A stretch of 61,515 nucleotides of DNA, counting the filler, from Sphacelaria rigidula (taxonomy: Eukaryota): NCBI GenBank assembly GCA_964200075.2. It is 8 parts of 8 records of this genome, joined end to end, with 100 filler letters (N's around TTAATTAATTAA, not from the genome) between each part and the next. Parts side by side here need not be neighbours in the genome. Positions count along the whole stretch, not along the records: positions 23,108 to 30,709 come from CAXNAA020014146.1; positions 30,810 to 38,411 come from CAXNAA020014147.1; 6 more parts are not named here. The stretch is one strand, 5' to 3'. The position numbers and the translations under genes are program-made. Below are positions 23,912-37,575 of the stretch, piece after piece; within the stretch, counting starts at the first letter, position 1; every line of letters starts with the position of its first letter. The notes beneath the pieces are model-generated. The model was given only the letters and a program-made list of their open reading frames with translations. It did not search any database and was not told the DNA's origin.

Positions 23912-26900
23912 TGTGAACCGATGTCGTTTTGAATCCACACTTTTTCATAGAGTCGTTTTTCCGGTGGTCGTCGTCGTCCTTGTGCTGAGGGGTGGTGCTT
24001 TTTTCGGGTGGCGTCTGATGAGGCTGCCGCGAGTGGAGTTGTTGCTTTTGTTTGTTTTGTTTTCCTGAAAAGTAGAGGGTGGAGTCGAAATAATAAGCTC
24101 GCAGCTAATCGTTGCGACGACAGAGTATGACATCCCGTACATTGCGGGTGTGTAAGTGTTCGACTTCGTACCGTCAAGTGGTGGTGTTTGGAAACGGCGG
24201 GTGTTTTGAGTTGTTTTGTTTTGTCTCCACCGCAGTGTGGTTTTATATGTGACGAAGCAGACGCGCGCGTCTCTCTGCTGTATAGCGGATAGCCGTCTAC
24301 ATGTTGTATCGTGTACAGGGGGTGAAGGCGCGTGCTTGCCTGCTGCCCGAGGATCACATCCCAGGGAAATCGTTTGTGCCTGTGGTGCTGTGTATGAATA
24401 ACTGGCGCGCCGGTCTTTTGGAATGAAACGTTCACCGTTCGTTCGTTGCGTGCCTACGCCTTACTGCCCTCCCTTTCAAGGGCATTGGAAACCCACTACC
24501 GTCTCTCGAATGCAGGAAATGCCCTGCTCCATCACGCGGTTAAATAGGGTGTTGATATTTAAGACACAAACCTCCTTTATGCTATTTTATTACTCTGTGT
24601 GTGCCATCTTAACTTGATCTTGATTGTATTCGTAGCGTAGACTCGTCACGCCCTAGGATTCTTGCGTCCATTTATTGCATGCATATTTATTTTCACTTAC
24701 ACATGGGATGGGCGGAAGCTATCACTAGTTTAGAATAATTTATCTCGTGCGTTGTATGCTCTGCATGTTGATTCCGGACGGTGACTGTTGCCGTATATTC
24801 ATTAAGGGTTTTGATGTCATGAGGTTAAAATAGTAATGGAACTTTCTGTTTTAGGTGACGTGAGCCCTGCACGAGGAGATTGTAAAATAGTTTGCGCGCT
24901 TCGGGTGTAACATAGGGAAAACCTCGGTTGTTTCCATATTTTAAGTGGTTGCCGATGTCGTGGTCTCCTGGCACCCGGATGAAGGAGGTTCCTGCTTGAT
25001 TTTGCGCGGAATCCAGCTCTGTGCTCAAGGGGTTAGACGCGTATACTGTGTCATGGCCCCTCGCTTGTCATCGGTTGCGTCGTTCTCGAATTGACCCACA
25101 CGTTATTGTGATCCGGATCTTGTTGCCATGGATCCATCATTTGGTGTTTTTGGTCGGTTGGAATAATCAACCCCCTAATAATGTGTTGATGGTTGTCGTT
25201 GCGGGAACCGTGTGGCGCGTTTGTCTGTGTCGGCATCGACACTTACGTGTGTGTGTGTGTGTGTGCTTTTGTTTTCATGGCGTAGTTTCGGGCGGCCTTT
25301 TTTTTGTTCAACGAATAAAACAATGAATACATCTAATCATCAGCGGTCTTGCCTGTTTGGCTTTCTAAATCGGCACCCATCGAGTATGATCGAATATAAT
25401 GGTATTTCCGTGGCATGGGAGAACAGAAGGGCGACACACTTCTGAACGGGTTTTCACCAGATTGAGAGTGTAGCGTTGAGTGGGGGGTGAATTTATGATT
25501 TGCTCCACCTTGACCAATATTTTCATGTTGTTTGTTGCGTTTGTTTTCTTTGTCTGTAAAAATGTCATGTACTCACAGCTTCACGACGAGATCCTTCCCG
25601 CAGATCTCAGAGTTTTCAGTAGTAAAAGCTGAAACAGAAAGCCTATACTTTTTAAGACCGCGTGTAAGGCCTGGAGAGGCACTTCGGAACTGAAACTGTT
25701 TCAGAAATTATTAATCGGCCGCTTCTGGAAATCTGGAGTTCTAGATTTCTGTTGATTGACGAGGCCAATGAATGCATGAAAAATATACATCGGATTTTTT
25801 ATCCCACGGCTAGTAGTTTTCATTCGAGCCGCTCCTTGCCTGGCTCGGAGAATTATTCCCCGAAAAACACCAGTCGATGACTGGATTAGGGTTTTGTGTT
25901 CACTGTGGTCTGACTCTTGATATGGCGAAAACCATGTTTTCATTGTTTTGACGTTTGGTGTAACTTGTCTTGATTTTGAATGCTTCTTGAGGGGGTTGCA
26001 GGCCGGGGAAGTGGAGTTCCTCCTCAAACGTGCAATTCTCGTTGAACTAGCGATATTTGGGGTAGGGTTCAACGGGGGGGGGGGCAGCCTCGTTATATTG
26101 AAGGAAGAAATGTCACCCGTGACGGTTGAGGGAAAGGCGGGAAAGGCGGGTGGGTGCCTGGTCAGAGAGGAACCTGTCTTGTTCCCCTAGTTTTGTGCAA
26201 AACCGTCCCAGCTGGCGGTACAACCTACGTCGCCTGACGTTGAGGTGCAGATGGTCGTTCTGTGTGTGGAATGAGAGTGAAATGCTGTGTGGAAATTTTC
26301 TCGAGATGTGTTCGATTGGTGGACACCGGACGAGGGGGACATTCAACTCTCCCGCACTGACGTGTTGTGACTGCGAAGAAATGTCAGTATCGAAATATTG
26401 GTTAATTAATGGAAGATGGGGCACGATAGTCACGAAGGTTTCACGCCGGGACATTCTAGCCTTCACTCTGGCCAGGTTCCATGTGGTTTGATCGATCTTT
26501 AACGGATCTTTCGCGGTGTAGGGTTTTTGTTTCTAGCCTCCCCTTCGTTGGCTTGTTGGTTTGAGTGCCCCATATGCCCTCTGTGGCGACGGGTTCGAGA
26601 TATCGAGCTGATTTGACGGAAAATAGTAGTGAAATCAACGAGTAATCGTGCTTTTTGTTTCATAACCAGATACATCCTCGCGCAGATCCTGCGGTTATAT
26701 TTTTGTATGGATGGCTTCTGTTGCAATCAAGGTGTCTACCTTCGGTTCTTGAGCGAATGAATGTGTCGGATTGTGAATTTTGATTTCGGGACTTTCTTGG
26801 CTGGGTTGGTTATAGCTGTTACTGTTTGGCTTGCCCCGGGTTTCTTCTCGTGCTGTCTTGTTTGGTACTGTGGTTTTCAGAATACTGTAGTGTGATTTTG

Positions 26901-27126
26901 GGTGTGACAGTGAGTAGTATTGTGTTACCCTGCGTTGTTGCCCAACCGTGATGTGACACGTAATCACGTCTTCCCGCACAATCGACGAGTCGTTACGAAC
27001 ACATTGTAGCATGGACGTTCATCAGTTCGCCTTGTCCTGACAAGGAAATGACAACGTCTGCCCACTGGTGGTAAAGACTGTGGCGTATATTCTCGGGCGG
27101 AAATGCTCCTCTGGGAAAACCTTGCG

Positions 27127-27364
27127 CGGTTAGGACGAATCATCACGGGTTCGAATCACCAAATCCACGCTTTGTTCGGCCTGATTGCCCACACGGGAGA
27201 AACAAGAGTATATCCACGCAACTATTGCGCCATTCCACGTGTCAGGCTTCGTGTACCTGGGTTGCAACGCTGAAAACAAAGCCTAGAGATTGATTCGTAC
27301 GATTTGAATCAATTACCCTAGAATCAAGTACTATCCAGACGAATCATTGATTTGTCCGGCCCTT
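27127..27364. mobile_element. ~240-bp MITE family (three copies)
   Basis: Homologous to 29476-29601 (inverted, gapped) and 50706-50960; termini resemble AGGGTCGGAC(G/A)AATCA...TGATTCGTCC. Confidence 0.75.
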
Positions 27365-27856
27365 GAAATCTTGTGTGCATCGCTATGGGCCCATCTCGAT
27401 GTTTACCTTGCGATAAGACCGCTTCTTACGGTCTGAAGACGGATTCTCTGAGAACTGCCGATTATACGCCTTTTATCGCGATATTTTGGTAGAATACAGG
27501 CCTTGGCAGATTTGGCCTCCTCCCGGAAAAATATTACATATTTATTCACGACGATTCTAGCGCCCTTTCCGATGTTTCGTACGCCCAGTTTTGCTCTTGG
27601 CCGCCTTCTGGATTTTTTCAAGGCGACTGAAAAAATGTAGAATCCGGCCAAGAGCGAAACTGGGCGTACGAGATATCGGGAAAGTGGGCTAGAATCCTCG
27701 TGAACAACATGAAACTTTTCCGAGGGGGCCAAATCCACAAAGGCCTTTATTCCGCCAAAAAATTGCGATGAAGGGCTCAAGAAGGGTAGTCCTCAGATAA
27801 TCCGTTTACAGAGCAAGAGATCCGGCTTGAGCCATGATATTTCTTTGCAGATATGA

Positions 27857-28041
27857 GGTCGTGTCTTAGCACATCATTTTTCGATCGAAACGTTCGGTGG
27901 AAAGCAAAAAATCCAATCTGATGGGTCGTGATTTCAATTATCTTGAAAAAAAATACGCTACTCGAAATCACGCCCTAGATCGGAGAATTCCTTTTCCACC
28001 GCACATTTCGATCGAAAAATAATGTGTCACAAGGCATGCCC
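27857..28041. mobile_element. Tourist-like (PIF/Harbinger) MITE; second copy at 35215-35372
   Basis: TIR-like CGTGTCTTAGCACATCATT and AATAATGTG...CCC; inner TTTCGATCGAAA palindromes; flanks TGA/TCA here and CTA/TAA in the second copy. Confidence 0.6.
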
Positions 28042-28209
28042 TCATGGTCGACACCCACGTGAACGAGAAATAATGCTACAATTCATAGGTGTTGCACCAC
28101 GGGATTGTACAAACTGCGGATGGGTTTACCTTTGAGGATGAGCGCAAAGCTATTTAATTTGATCTTTATCAAAAATATTTCATGCTTATCGAGGTTCTCA
28201 CCGTAGTTT

Positions 28210-28744
28210 CATACGTCGGACGAGCACGAGTGACTCGTGGCGCAATCGTTGGCCGTAATAATTAATAGGGCGAGCACTTGAGTCATTGCTCGTTGGGCAA
28301 AAAATCAATAGGGCGAACACTCGAGTCAGTGCTCCTTGGGGGAAAACATAATAGGGCAGCGAGCACTCGAGTCATTGCTCATTGGTGGAGGAAAATAATA
28401 GGGGGAGCACTCGAGTCAGTGCTCGTTGGTGGAGAAAAACAATAGGGGGAGCTCTCGAGTCAGTGCTCGTTGTGGAAAAAAATAAAAGGGCGAGCACTCG
28501 AGTCATCGTTCGTTGTAAAAAAAAGTACGACTCGAGCGCACGAGTCATTACTCATTGTAACAAAGGCATACTCGAGCACACGAGTCAGGGCTCGTTGTAA
28601 AGAAAAGCAGTGGCTCAAGCGCTCGTGTCATCGCTCGTTGTGAAAAAAAAGCAAGGACTCGAGCACACGAGTCATGCTCGTTGTGTTTAAAAAAACATCC
28701 ACGAGTGCACTCGTTTCGACGAGTAATGACTCGTCCGGCGTGTG
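28210..28744. mobile_element. TIR element with an internal ~40-bp tandem array
   Basis: TIRs CATACGTCGGACGAG and CTCGTCCGGCGTGTG; about 11 units of GCGAGCACTCGAGTCA(T/G)TGCTCGTTG plus an A-rich linker; other copies at 46043-46113 and 60466-60686 (reverse). Confidence 0.75.
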
Positions 28745-30819
28745 AATTATCAAGGCCAAACATACTTTGAAAAAACGATCCCCACCAGGGTGGAAATGCG
28801 CTGCGAAGGTTAGATATCATCGTGAAACATCAAAATCGCGCGTCTTGGGCTCGCACATGTCGGCCCGGTAATCCAACCAACATAGTATGAGCTATCGCTT
28901 GAGGGCCATATCGAAACCCCCTCTCGTACTGTAACCATGTGCAGCGCCGCCGCTGTATGCAGCACGGACCAACACCAACACGAGAAAGAGAGAGGATGTT
29001 GAGAGGTATCTTGTTGCCGTTTCCCTCCGGAAACATATTTTCAGAATATCTCCGGAAATACGCGCAGTTATCTCAAAGTCGACCCCTGCCTTGTGCCGAG
29101 ACTTGAGATCTTTGAGATTTGGTCTCCTGCCACCCTGTTGTTGTCTCTCGTGAGCGAATACCCAGAAGGCACATTCTTCACTTGAAAAATGGGTGTGAGA
29201 CCCACCGCATCCATCTCGACGAATAGAGCACGTCATCTGTAGCCCTCGAACAGCCCTCGAAAACCACGAGCCCCGGGAATACGAGGCAATCAATCGTAAT
29301 TTGAGCATCACAAGGGCAGCCAACGCCGGTCTTGAGTCGCATTGTGTGCCATTCCGCCCTCCGGAATGCAACCCTCAGCCCAGGGCCACGACAGCGCGGT
29401 CAAAGCATCAAGACAACAGCACGAAAAACGGATGAATTATGTTCGCTTCGGAATACTTGACTAGTATTGCTCAACATTTCAAGGGTCGGACAAATCAATG
29501 ATTCGTCTGGAGATTACTTGGTCTTAGTGTAATTAATTCAAATCGTACGAATCAACCTCTAGGCTTTGTTTTCAGNNNNNNNNNNAAAGTTGCGTGGATA
29601 CCCCTTGGATCAGGGATCAACTTTCTTCTCCCTTTTGGGAAACCATCAACATTTCCATCTCAACCACGAGACAGAAACGTCACAGCGACTTGTCGGTTCA
29701 AATAGACTCCCATCATGGCCACCAAAATGCGGCAATGACTCGACTGTTCAGAGCAGCGTCGGTGATCGGAAAAGACGAGAGGATAATCGGCAAGTAAATC
29801 GAAAGCAAGCTCTCTTCTTGTCCGCCACCCCATCTGACGCCACACACACACGTCCCTCCCTAGAACGGACGCTCATCCACCTGCTGCACACTCCACACGC
29901 AACCCTTACACACAAGTCCAAACAAGCTTACCCGTACGGTAGTAGGCTCTTACAACTATGGAGCTTCCAGAAATGCATCCGGACAAGATTTCTCGTGAAG
30001 GCAAGTGAGGGATATTCCGTCACCTCGATCCAAGCCAATCCCAATATTTCTCATGTACATAATACAAACCCCTTATTTTTCCCCGTCATATTCTTCATGT
30101 ACGTTCAACGACAATTCCAATCACCAAATAACGTAGTCAGTTGAGGGTAAAAACTGTGTTGTGTGGTCATCTCATCCCTGATGCTCAACACAGAAGGATG
30201 CACAAGACATACAAACCAGGGCACGAGAAAGAGAAAAAAAGAGAGAAAAAACATTCAATATCATTTCTTGGACGCTTGGTATACAGCGCAAAAGTCTTCA
30301 TCGCCGTGCTTGTCTCGTGCACGCTTGAATTGCTCGTTGGCAGCCGCCGCAACGGGAAGGGACAATCCCAAGCAATCTCCTAATGCCTGTAGCATCGCAA
30401 ACACACAACACGCACACAAGAGGAAGCACGCAAAAACAAAATAATGTTGAGTGATTCCGAGATAGCCCTCCCTCGAACCCGCCTCGAAACTGTAACGAAG
30501 AAAAGGCCATAGAGTGCATGATAGCTGGTGTCAGACTGCATGAAGCGTCTCATACGAGCGACATTAGCGAAAACGATCCCAAGCGTGGGAGTTCCCAGCT
30601 GCTTGGTGTGCTCGGTCTTTGTCGTTTTGACTCACAAGTAAATTTTGCCTCCTTGAACCAGCCACTTCTCTAGGGGGAGGGGGGGGGGGGGGGCGGAAAC
30701 ATTTGGTGGNNNNNNNNNNNNNNNNNNNNNNNNNNNNNNNNNNNNNNNNNNNNTTAATTAATTAANNNNNNNNNNNNNNNNNNNNNNNNNNNNNNNNNNN
30801 NNNNNNNNNTTTTTGTTTC

Positions 30820-31029
30820 TCGGATTGGATCATGACTATCAGCACTCCCGCACCGCGTCAACTCACGCCAAACGAACTCAGCTGACTACTTTGTTTATTC
30901 GCGTTCTCACGCTTTCCACGGTGGGAACCAGACATTGCGAAGAAAAAAACCAACGAATCCGGAATCGAACACTCGTTTTCTCCACCCAAATGGCAACAGT
31001 CGGACCATTACACCACCGGGGCGCGGCGG
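30820..31029 (-). mobile_element. tRNA-derived SINE, copy 1
   Basis: Minus-strand A box TGGTGTAATGG (31005-31015) and B box TGTTCGATTCC (30961-30971); body homologous to 49270-49478. Confidence 0.7.
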
Positions 31030-31272
31030 CACCGAAACGAATCAAGGAGAAAGGAAACGGCGATTTTCGACGCCAACCCAGAACTCCGATGGCTGCTGTG
31101 ACATTGAAGTTTACCTGTGACACCGTGGAGCCATTTCCCTCGCCGCTCTCCGACTCCTGACTGGCGCATCGTCTGTTTAGGCCTTCTCCAATACTCCATG
31201 AACGCCACCTGCGATCACGAAAAAAGCACAACAGGGGGACACCAAATCAAATCAATATTTCTCGAAAAAGTG

Positions 31273-31274
<2 letters not shown>

Positions 31275-31308
<34 letters not shown>

Positions 31309-31700
31309 GAACAGAACATTGCAACCACACCACCGACAGCAACAAGAGCAAGAAGCAAAAAGCAAGCCAGAGAAGGACAAAAAAGAGAGACGAGATAATA
31401 AAACTGAAGACACACAGCAAAACAAAACAAAACAAAACAGAAGAGAACAGAACAGAACAGAACAGAACAGAACAGAACAACACAACACAACACAACACAA
31501 AACAACACAAAACAAAACAACACAAAACAAAACAAAACAAAACAAAACAAAACAAAACACAACAAAACACAACAAAACAAAACAAAACAAAACAAAACAA
31601 AACAAAACAAAACAAAACAAAACAAAACAAAACAAAACAAAACAAAACAAAACAAAACAAAACACAACAAAACACAACAAAAAAGAAAGGCAAGGCAAGG
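31275..31700. repeat. Microsatellites: (CA)n then compound (AAAAC/AGAAC/ACAAC)n
   Basis: (CA)n at about 31275-31307; pentanucleotide array at about 31418-31680. Confidence 0.95.
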
Positions 31701-32309
31701 CAAAAAAAAAACGAAGGGAAAACATACTAATAAAAGTAGTGTCATCGGAAACAAGACCTCCTTGGTGGGGTGGGTCTATGCTTGCAAGAAGAAATATATA
31801 GGTAGACTGGATTCCATGTGAATGCATGGGCTGTTGTTATGCCGACGCGTTGCTTCATTACTGGCTGTGTGTCCATACATTGCTATGTGAGCACACCCGA
31901 GGTATTGTGCGTCCATTTTTTTGTAATCACGGCCGGGTTTCGAAGCGGGCGAGTCTAATTAATGTGCCAAGACCAATCAGTCGACGAGTCAAATTCATAC
32001 CACATGCTCGCCGAAAAAATGTGCAAACACCGCGCCGGAAAGGAGATCCTGAGGTTTGCCGGTCACCATTCCAGGCGTCAGAGTTTGGTACCCGAGGCAT
32101 ACCGCCATTCTTATTCGAACTTCATGTTTGGCATGTGTGCTCCTCCATTGAAATCATCCGCGCCTTACCCCCCCTCCCCCCCGGCAAACACCCGGCGTGC
32201 TCCATCCTGGCTTTTGTAGGGATGCGAGGCCAGTGATCATGTGACTATAGCATGCAACATCATGAATACAGCCCCCCCCCATCCCCCCCCCCCGCTCCCT
32301 CCTCCTTGA

Positions 32310-32610
32310 GGGAAGCAAACGAAGGTGGCATGAAACCGTTTGGTACATTCGACATTAGCGAAAAACACATGACCGCTATGCTAGGAGATAGACGGTGGCC
32401 ACAGACGGCGAGACAGGAAGGGGATAAGATGTATATGTAGAAGATTTCTGTGTAATATATTGAAGAAACGTAATGAGCGCCTAAATGTTGGAGGTGTCTC
32501 TACTAGGAGTAGGAACGGTGCTCGGTCTCGAAAGGAATGCGTGGTCAATGGTCAAATGACTAAGGGGCTTGCAACAAATGAGTACACCGTCCCCTTCCCT
32601 CCCCCCCCCT
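32310..32610 (+). mobile_element. 3' fragment of a non-LTR retrotransposon (probable ORF2 C-terminus plus C-rich tail), degenerate
   Basis: Frameshifted translation FGTFDISEKHMTAMLGDRRWPQTARQEGDK / RFLCNILKKRNERLNVGGVSTRSRNGARSRKECVVNGQMTK, then GAGTACACC and C-runs; shorter 3' copies at 11273-11317(-), 49155-49203, 49723-49795(-) and 53715-53790. Confidence 0.65.
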
Positions 32611-34139
32611 CTCGTCTCCTTCCCTGAGCCAATCCGCTTTCGCGGCAAGAATCATGCTGAGCGATTTTTCTTACTGAGGGCAGAGGATATTTACACCGGG
32701 AAACATCTGCAGCATACATTCATGGAAACGCTCTATTTTCGACAATGAGTGATCTGACTCGACGGTACAGTAAGCTCTGCTTCGGGTGATAATTCTATTC
32801 GGGAGTGCGATATGCGGTGACTACAGGTACCGAACGGGAGGAGCGAGGAATGCGCGCAGCATCCCCTCCCGCGCCAACACTTGTTACCTAGGGTCGTTCT
32901 GCAGATAACACGAGACCCTTCAGGGTACATACATTTATTCGTACGACGAGACGAGGTACGCGTGAAAGGATCGGTATTTTCATTCTTTATTATTTTTATT
33001 ATTCATTTTTTATTATTGAATTTTTCATTGTTATTTATTTATTTTTGTCGCACTTTGAACCCGTCCCCTTCCTCGGGACGAGTGAGCCGGGTCGGTGTTG
33101 GTGATGAATAAACAAGAACTTGTTGACTTGAGTTTGTTTGACGAAAGGTGACGCGAGATGAGCTGCCCTCCTATAGCTCAGGCCGGGAAAGCACGTGCGG
33201 TGCTCATCTAGCTCTCATAACTCAACAGTGAGCTAGCTACCCTTGAGAAACAAAAAAGCCAGCTCGAGCTATGGCGAACTGATCTGTTCGGGATGTGTGC
33301 AAGGCACATACTACCTCTGTCACACAAGTAAAGTCGGTTATGGGGTACCGATCATATCTCCCGTACGGATGTGCCTCCGATGCCATTGTTAGGCTTTATT
33401 GAAAAAGTAAAATGATGGAAATGCCCATAGGGAAAAAAACACACACATATAGTCACAGATATTGAGAACTCTAAGAACGGAATTACCCATATTGAGGGAA
33501 GTCTTAAGGATCCTGTTTTGAGAAGTGCTCTAGAAGTGCCCATTCATTTTCCCGAAAATTTTGACGTCTAATCACCCAATACCTACGACCACCACAACCG
33601 CGATGGAGTTTCCCGTGCACATCCCCCCACGTCGCCAACGGGCGCCGAAGTATCACTGGGCCGCCATTCCGTCATGGCGGTGGAGATAGCGCTGGTGACT
33701 CCACCAGGCTACTCCAGGGTGCCCACGGGTATTCCATAATAGGACCTCGAGTACCCGACGATACTACGGATGAACTGCGAAGCTCAGACAGACGACACCG
33801 TGGGACTCGACCTCTCAAACAAACGTCGGAGATGGGCGGCCATCGCTTCTTACTGCAACAAAGGGCGCCGCGGCGCCGCGGACGACCCACAAGCAGAATC
33901 GGTGATTTGCGCTCAAGTACGCGTGTTTCCGATCAGCTGTAAAAGATCGGGACGGAATACGGCTTCGAAGACGGTGAGGCGGTGGCTCGAGAAAGAGGGG
34001 GCGGGAACTAAACTGTAGAGCGCGGTACTTCGGCTACTACTGGGTCAATCAATAGGCGGATTAGAGTTTGATGATGACGGGGGGACATCGGCAACGTCAA
34101 GTACGTTTCGTAAATGAACGCAGCGGACGAAGCGGTGTT

Positions 34140-34519
34140 AACACGGGATTTTTACTAATTGGGGATGGATTTTTTAATTGGGGATGAAAAGCCGGAAAAT
34201 TAAAAAAAAAATCGTATCCACACCAAATCTACAAAGTATGGTTCCATTTCTTCACTTACTGGTGGCTTTTGACAACTGCTATACGCCATACAAATTTGGA
34301 GGATCTATTGCGGACCCCAAGATTGTTTTTTCACCCAGGAACTCGAAATTTCGGTTATCGGAATCCAAATTTGTATGACGTGTAGCAGTTGTCAATAGCG
34401 ACCAGCATGTGAAGATATGGAACCATGTTTCGAATATTTGGTGTGGATTCGAAGATTTAATTCTCCGGGTTTCTCATCCTCAATAAAAAATGCATCCTCA
34501 ATTTGTAAGATCCCGTGTT
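34140..34519. mobile_element. Foldback/MITE (family copy 2)
   Basis: AACACGGGAT at the left and ATCCCGTGTT at the right; ATCCACACCAAAT/ATTTGGTGTGGAT and ATGGTTCCAT/ATGGAACCAT arm matches. Confidence 0.75.
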
Positions 34520-35214
34520 TGTTGTAAAACATAGCGAAGAAAGACGTTCCGCCATCCATGCACAGTGTTGGTGAGTCCGCAGAATGCACTGTTCTACTGC
34601 TCTACACGCGTGGATGGTGACACAACAGCCCGACATGTGCATTAAGCTGTCGTTTCAACATGGTCCCAGCGAACTGACATTTTTTCTTCCGTAAACCGCA
34701 CACGCCGACGCAAGCAAGGAAGACTTACTTCGCAACCACATTAATAAACGATCTTGCACAGCCTTGAAAAAAAAAAAAAAACGCCCGCCGACAGCAAAAG
34801 CAGAGACTACGAGGTACATACAGGACTATACTGTACTGAACTGTGCAGGGTAAAAACAAGTCACGCTACGATAGGGAGGGGGGGGGGGGGTTGGGGTCAT
34901 TTATTTAACACAACTCCACTTCAAATCATATTTGAAAGCAGCAACGATTGTTCGAACGCGATTGTTACCGATAAATAACCCTCATTCATACTGATTGACA
35001 ACATTTTTGCCCCCAAAAAACCGCACCGCCAGCGTGATAGGTCGTCTGAAACACCCATGAGCCTTTTTCATCGTCAAATCAAACACACACACACAGAGAC
35101 ACACACACCTATCGTGGCATGGCTCAAATGTCCAAAGATAATGTAACAAACGATACAGAAAAATACTTTCATCGACCCAACGGAGCTAGCGAAGCTCCGC
35201 ATTTGCCTCCTCTA

Positions 35215-35372
35215 GGGACGTGTCTTAGCACATCATTCCCGATCTGATAGGTGGTGATTTTAACCATCTTCAAAATAAACGACGATGGTTGAAATTACGA
35301 CCTATCAGATCAGAGTTTTCCATTTCCGCCGCATATTTTCGATCGAAAAAAATAATGTGCCAAGACACGCCC
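35215..35372. mobile_element. Tourist-like MITE, copy 2
   Basis: cta|GGGACGTGTCTTAGCACAT...ATGTGCCAAGACACGCCC|taa. Confidence 0.6.
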
Positions 35373-37381
35373 TAAATTCGACCGAAATTCACGGTACCGA
35401 ATACTGTAGGTTTCAGAGTGAAGGTTCCGGGGGAAAACCAAAAACGTCACGGACAACTGCTGTACAGTAGCTACAGTATGTACCCAGTAACCGAGCTCAC
35501 TGCAGCGATGAAACAAAGCACACACAGTGTTGTTCCTTTTCAATATTATGGAGGCAAGTTCACGGAGGATATGATTCATAAACCGCGGCGTCCATTGGAT
35601 ACGGTCGTACAGTCATACGGTCATGCTCCAACACCTAAAGTGTGCTGAGACTTGTGGAGCAGACGCCCTTGGAAGAAGTAGGTGCATATCTACACGAGAA
35701 GGTGGCGTTACAGACAATCGCGCAGGCTGAGGCACCCGGATGGCGAAGGATACATGTCACTGCGGAGGGCGAAAGCTCTTGACACGCGAAACGTAACGCG
35801 GCCCGAAGAAGTTCACACTGTGTGCTTCTAGCCGGCGGTACAACAACGTGTACTGTAGTAGTACTGACTGTGCGATGCAAACCAAGCCTCGGCAGGGCTG
35901 AAATACCCGCGATTCATCCGCGAAAAATGCAACTTTGTAACCTGTACGAGCTGGGCCAGCTGGCAGTGATTTTTTAATGTTTCAGGGCCCGGCTGGGGGT
36001 AATTCGAAAATGTGGGCGCTGAAATTTTGACACAACATTTTTCATCATAATATGCACAACCTCCCGGGGGATGATGCAACGAGAAAAACAAACAAACAGA
36101 AAGTTCGAGGGATTAGAAGTTTCTGCAAAAACTGGAAAAAATGCTAGAACTTCGTGAAAATCAAGAAATACGTTGGCATTCCTCGGGTTGTTGTGCGTAC
36201 TTATGTCCAGGAGCTGTTGTTGCAATTTCGGCCAAAAATACCTCAAATTGGACTCAGCAGGGCACCTTTGATGTGAGACCGCTGCGTCTCTTTAATCCAA
36301 GTGATACAGGAGACTCCAGTTATGGAGGTAATGAGTTCGAATCCCGATGGATTCATTTTTTTCCTTCCGTCGGTAAGGAAATACAATATGCGGTACACTT
36401 TTTTTTTTCAATTTGTTCTTCATTCAACGGCGGTGTCGTGCGTTACCAGGTTGGTCTGCAGGTCACACCGATATACTCAAGTCGGACGGACTGGTTTGGT
36501 AAAACTTGATAAGTTATGGGGTGACATGCAAAGGCGGGATTTACTGCTGGCCCAGCCCGTACTCTGTCCTATTCTGTAACCAAGTGAAATGGTAAAAAAA
36601 AATCTGGATAAGGGCGATCAAGCGCCTGTTCGAGAAAGCTTATTATATCCACGTCGGAGCGTTCGCGCTAAGAATTTTCCGGTCCATTCTTATAGAACAA
36701 TACTAGATCAACCGCCCGTTGTCCTCTTCAGACCGTCGTGGCACCCGGCCCGTCAACTCTGACACCGTGTCAAGAAGGGGACGTATAGTCCCCTGCCGGA
36801 ACAGATTTACAGTGGCCCTCGCCAGAAGACACTGTCCGCTTCAGGTCGGCTGTGTGGCCGCGTCTTGCGCGACACGGCGTATGGAACCGGAGGACGTCTG
36901 CCTCTAAACATATGACGCACGCCGACGGGTGGTTCCTTCTGGTCTTAGTGCCAGCATCGACGGATAAGCGACCAGCCTCAAACACAACGCTGGCAACATC
37001 TGCCACTGCCTCCGCGCAGATTTCATGTCGTTTCCCTCTAGAGAATTGTCATTTGAAAGTGATAAAATGTTCCGAAACACCTCAGTGTAGCGCGAAATCA
37101 TCCTTTCGAGCCACGCAGCGCACAAACCGCCTTAGGCTGCCGAAACTGCGGCGTCAAAACCTACCTGCGGCTTCAAGCCGCACATGCGTGAAGTTCCAGC
37201 ATCATCAGACGCCACTTGTACTGCTGTGTTTGGGCGCGTAATCTCCCAACATACCGCCTCCATATTATTGAAAAAATAACAACACTGCACAACATCAGTA
37301 GAACGGTGTAATCTCCATCCACACTCTGGACAATGGACACAAGAATAGTCCGTTGCCTTAGCAATACACGGGGGAAAACCT

Positions 37382-37413
<32 letters not shown>

Positions 37414-37575
37414 CGTCGAACACGATATATGGTGAAACATATCTATTGATATGTATTGCAACGGACGATAGATGTTGCAATAGTCGATCGATAGCTTATA
37501 TGGCAATTACGAATGTAGATAAATATCACTCGCCATCAATGGAAATCGTGTACCGCAATAGATTCTGGGATGTAT

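Noticed and set aside
24800-27100. Fragmented minus-strand ORFs (also 3950-4560 and 55900-57550)
   Set aside because: They may be decayed genes or transposons, but I recognise no motif and cannot support a call.
28260-28700. CRISPR-like look of regularly spaced palindromic repeats
   Set aside because: The 'spacers' are short, similar A-rich linkers, the repeats are degenerate, there are no cas genes, the context is eukaryotic and the array is bounded by TIRs.
31215-31827. ORFs rich in FCFVL or QNKTK
   Set aside because: Translations of a pentanucleotide microsatellite.
36290-36900. Possible additional tRNA-derived SINE (GTTCGAATCCC at about 36335-36345)
   Set aside because: Only a B-box-like motif, with no second copy in the window to define boundaries.
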